This document shows, piece after piece, positions 61,100 through 64,000 of a stretch of DNA of 64,000 nt. Position 1 is the first letter of the stretch. Each line of letters starts with the position of its first letter. The position numbers were made by a program, and so were the translations under genes. The DNA is from Andalucia godoyi And28 (lineage: Eukaryota; Protista; Jakobida). Where the stretch lies: positions 99,615 to 163,614 of the forward strand of contig VRVR01000040.1 in NCBI GenBank assembly GCA_009859145.1, written 5' to 3'. Below the pieces are notes generated by a model. The model was not told the origin of the DNA and made no database searches. It saw only the letters and a list, made by a program, of their open reading frames with translations.

Positions 61100-64000
61100 C
61101 TGGGCTGCTTTGCCAGCCTGCAAAGACAATCATAATTGTTTTTAAACGCAGGAAGAAGGGGCATGTCTCATGACAGCCTCCGTCTCAAATGAGCATTAAC
61201 GAGTTCTGTGGTGCACCCTTGCCGTGGTAGACAAGGAACATCGTGGTTCCGTATCGACAACGTCGCGCACCGTAGACTGTTGAGAAACAGTGTCTCAACG
61301 GACTGCAGTCAACTTCGGCAGGGTATGATATCATAGTGGTTCGTTGTTGACACGTAATGTGTGACGTACGTACATTGAGACGAGCGAAATCGCGTATCGC
61401 AGGACATATGAGGCTACAGAGGAACAATACTCTGACTTCATATTTAAGGAGTTGTTTGTTTATTTGTCATTTGATTGTTTGTTTGTTTTGTTTTCCACAC
61501 TGTAATAAATTGACACAAACTATCCTTTATCATCCCTGGTTATATCTTTTACTGGATATACAAGAATACAGACCACGAACTATGCTTTGTTTTTCGTCTC
61601 GATGGAGAACTGTCTCGCACCCTTTCCGTTGACGCGATGGGCACTGCTGCAGCAAAAGGGAATGCCCGTTCTAAGAGTTTGTGCACATCAAAAAAAAAAC
61701 GTGCAAGCGGCTGTTCTACCAGGAACCAAGGAGCGGGGACCACCGCCAAGTCTGCTTGGTGGAGTGGAGAAAAAGTGAAGCCCTTTGAACGGCAAAATGC
61801 TGTGAAAAGATCCGCAAACATGACAGAGAACCTAGCCGGAGGATAAACGCGCCAATGGTTGTCGGGGCCAGGGAAAGAAATGGCTCCTACACACCTTTAG
61901 TAAACTCATCAGAAAGCAAGCCAGATGGAATGCGAAAGTGATCGGCAAGCCGCCCCAAAATACGCCTGACCATCTGCTGGATACGGACGACATGTGCGTC
62001 GGATGATAAGACATTCGAAAGGTCCACATGACGGACGACTTTAAACAGTCCGACACATGTATAACATACAAACAGCTTCAACGGCAAGGAAACACCCGGG
62101 ACTCACCGAACAAAAAAAACCGTGCACTTCGAAGGTGTAACACCGACAAACACACAATGATGTTGAACAGCGCAGACTCCAGTAGTAATGCAATAACTGG
62201 GAACGGCGGTTTGCGAATTAGCAGGGGATAACCATGATAACAGCAACATAACGTTAGCAGAGTGACTTCGTAATATGTATGTTATCAGACGTCGCAACAG
62301 GACGCACGAGAATTAGCTTTGGAAATCAAACAAGAAGCTGTTCGCAGAAATTAACAAAAAGCTAGTATGCTGACTTATTCCCGGCTCCCAGTGGAATAAG
62401 GAAAGCCGTTTCCAATCTACAAAAGACAATGACGCCGCCATCGGGAAGCGAACTAATCATTTCATACCGCATGACAGCCTTATCCATTGTCCATCGGCAT
62501 GAGAGGGAAAGGTGGAGCCAGCTTCCAAGGATCTTTCGTTGCGCTTCAAAAAGCACGAGAAGGAACGAAATGAACAAGCCACACTAGCTCTGCCTTCACG
62601 TTTTAAACGACCTCACAGAAACGACGAACGTTGTCGGAGTGCTACAAAAATCATAGACGACGTAGCAACTCCAGTGCTCGTCGCTAAATGTATTGCCACC
62701 ATTCCCTAATTTCGTGGGGCATTCAGCTGCAGCATTACTCAAGGTTCAACTGTATATGACGCAACAGGACCAAAAAAGCCACCCTGCTGGGTAAAATGCA
62801 CTGATGATTTTTGTCATCTGCACAACATCCTTTCGAAATAGCAGTTCATTTCTGTGTGGCCTTTTCTTCTAAAATCCCCCTCAATCTCAGAAATGTCGTA
62901 GTGGTCGTCGAGGTTGCCTGCCGCAGACATTAGCCCTGTCCACGGTGCCGCCCGAATGGTTGTTTTGTTCAGACGGCACAAACGCCGCCTTGCGTGCATT
63001 CTTTTGATGTACTCTGGTTTTGTCGCAAAGGAGATGTTTTTGCATAACATTAAGGCATGCTCGTACTGTTTTGTCCGTCGAGCGGCCGTCTTACCTTTTC
63101 AGTTGCTTTCACGCTGTCAGGTAGATTTTCTCTCGTCAATTTTGATCAGTCTTTTTTTTGCAATTTGATGCGAAACTCTAAATAGTCAGTGGTCCTTCCA
63201 GTTGTTTCTGGACGCGTGCGCAGTGGCTTCACGTGGTTTCCGGTGTTCAAGGAATGTGTGTCTTCGAAAAGACTCCGTTTTGCTTTCTTTCCTTGAATGA
63301 TTGTATTGCTTTGCGGTCTCTTGCTGATATCGAGACTCATCCGGTCGCCTATTCCGGCCTTTTGGAATGAAAATTCGAAACGAAGTTGGCATTGTGGTGT
63401 CTACCGAGATTCGATGTTTTTAAAAAAAATCCTCACGTACTTGGAGCTGACCATAGATAGGCAACAGCTGGATGAGCACGGAATGCTATTTGACCGTCGA
63501 TTTTTACGGTTTTTGCTCCCAGACATTCTTATTATTGACACCGTGAGTTTTGCTCTTGCCAAACGGTCCATTCATCGACAAGAAGTTCATGGAAACACGA
63601 CAGAGATTTGAAACGGGTTTATGGCTTCGGATTATTAGGAAGACGGTAAAAGCAGCAGCGGGCTTGTGGGTGGCATGTGTTTTTTTTTTTTGACAGTTGT
63701 CAGGTACAACTTGTGAGAAAACATTCCTCGTATTCCGATCCGAACGGAACAGCAATAACATTCTCAAGACTCGGAAAGTTCGGATCGTGGAGGCGCTCCC
63801 GTTGATGGAAAGTGCTTTTCAAGATTTGACGTTTGTTTGCGAAGCGGGATGGCAAGTTCGAAAAGAATCAACTGCGTTTTCCCGCAATAAGAGAAGGCCT
63901 GTCTGCTCCACCTAAATCCGATAGATTCTGTGTGCTGGAAGAATCGCCATCCGATGGAAGGACCGGTTGTTCCCCTTGTTTCCACACACATGCACATTCG
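61100..64000. other. Gene-poor region with stop-riddled coding-like sequence (decayed genes or mobile DNA)
   Basis: No ATG ORF of convincing length in about 3 kb, against a gene every ~2 kb elsewhere. Coding-like GC content and long frames interrupted by stops. Confidence 0.4.

Overview
Eukaryotic nuclear DNA from a compact, gene-dense, intron-poor aerobic protist. A free-living flagellate such as a jakobid/discobid is a guess, not provable here. About 35 protein genes can be supported, mostly single-exon housekeeping genes: nucleoplasmin-FKBP, RPT6, GTP-PEPCK, FKBP12, eRF1, QCR9, cytochrome b5, kinesin, RRP45, RPS21, bL17m, IML1/DEPDC5, COQ6, trehalose-phosphate phosphatase, AFG3, Ub-RPS27a, RPS7, RPL11, Aurora kinase and phospholipase B. 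The few introns have GTATGT-type donors. The genetic code appears standard. The most notable non-routine signals are: (1) a frameshifted Fanzor2/TnpB C-terminal relic at 37.5-37.85 kb whose 3' end still folds into an omega-RNA-like scaffold; (2) a ~120-140 nt structured element present twice (7.6 kb and 19.2 kb) with wobble-preserved stems and sharp boundaries; (3) a four-domain RNA end-healing/sealing protein (2H phosphoesterase, Cys-phosphatase, P-loop kinase, RNA ligase); (4) telomere-like TAGGGTT motifs clustered at three ribosomal-protein promoters; (5) an intronic C/D snoRNA candidate in RPS7 and a GC-rich structured ncRNA candidate upstream of RPS21. The last ~3 kb is gene-poor and looks like decayed coding or mobile DNA. 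All protein assignments come from motif recognition by eye; no database searches were run.
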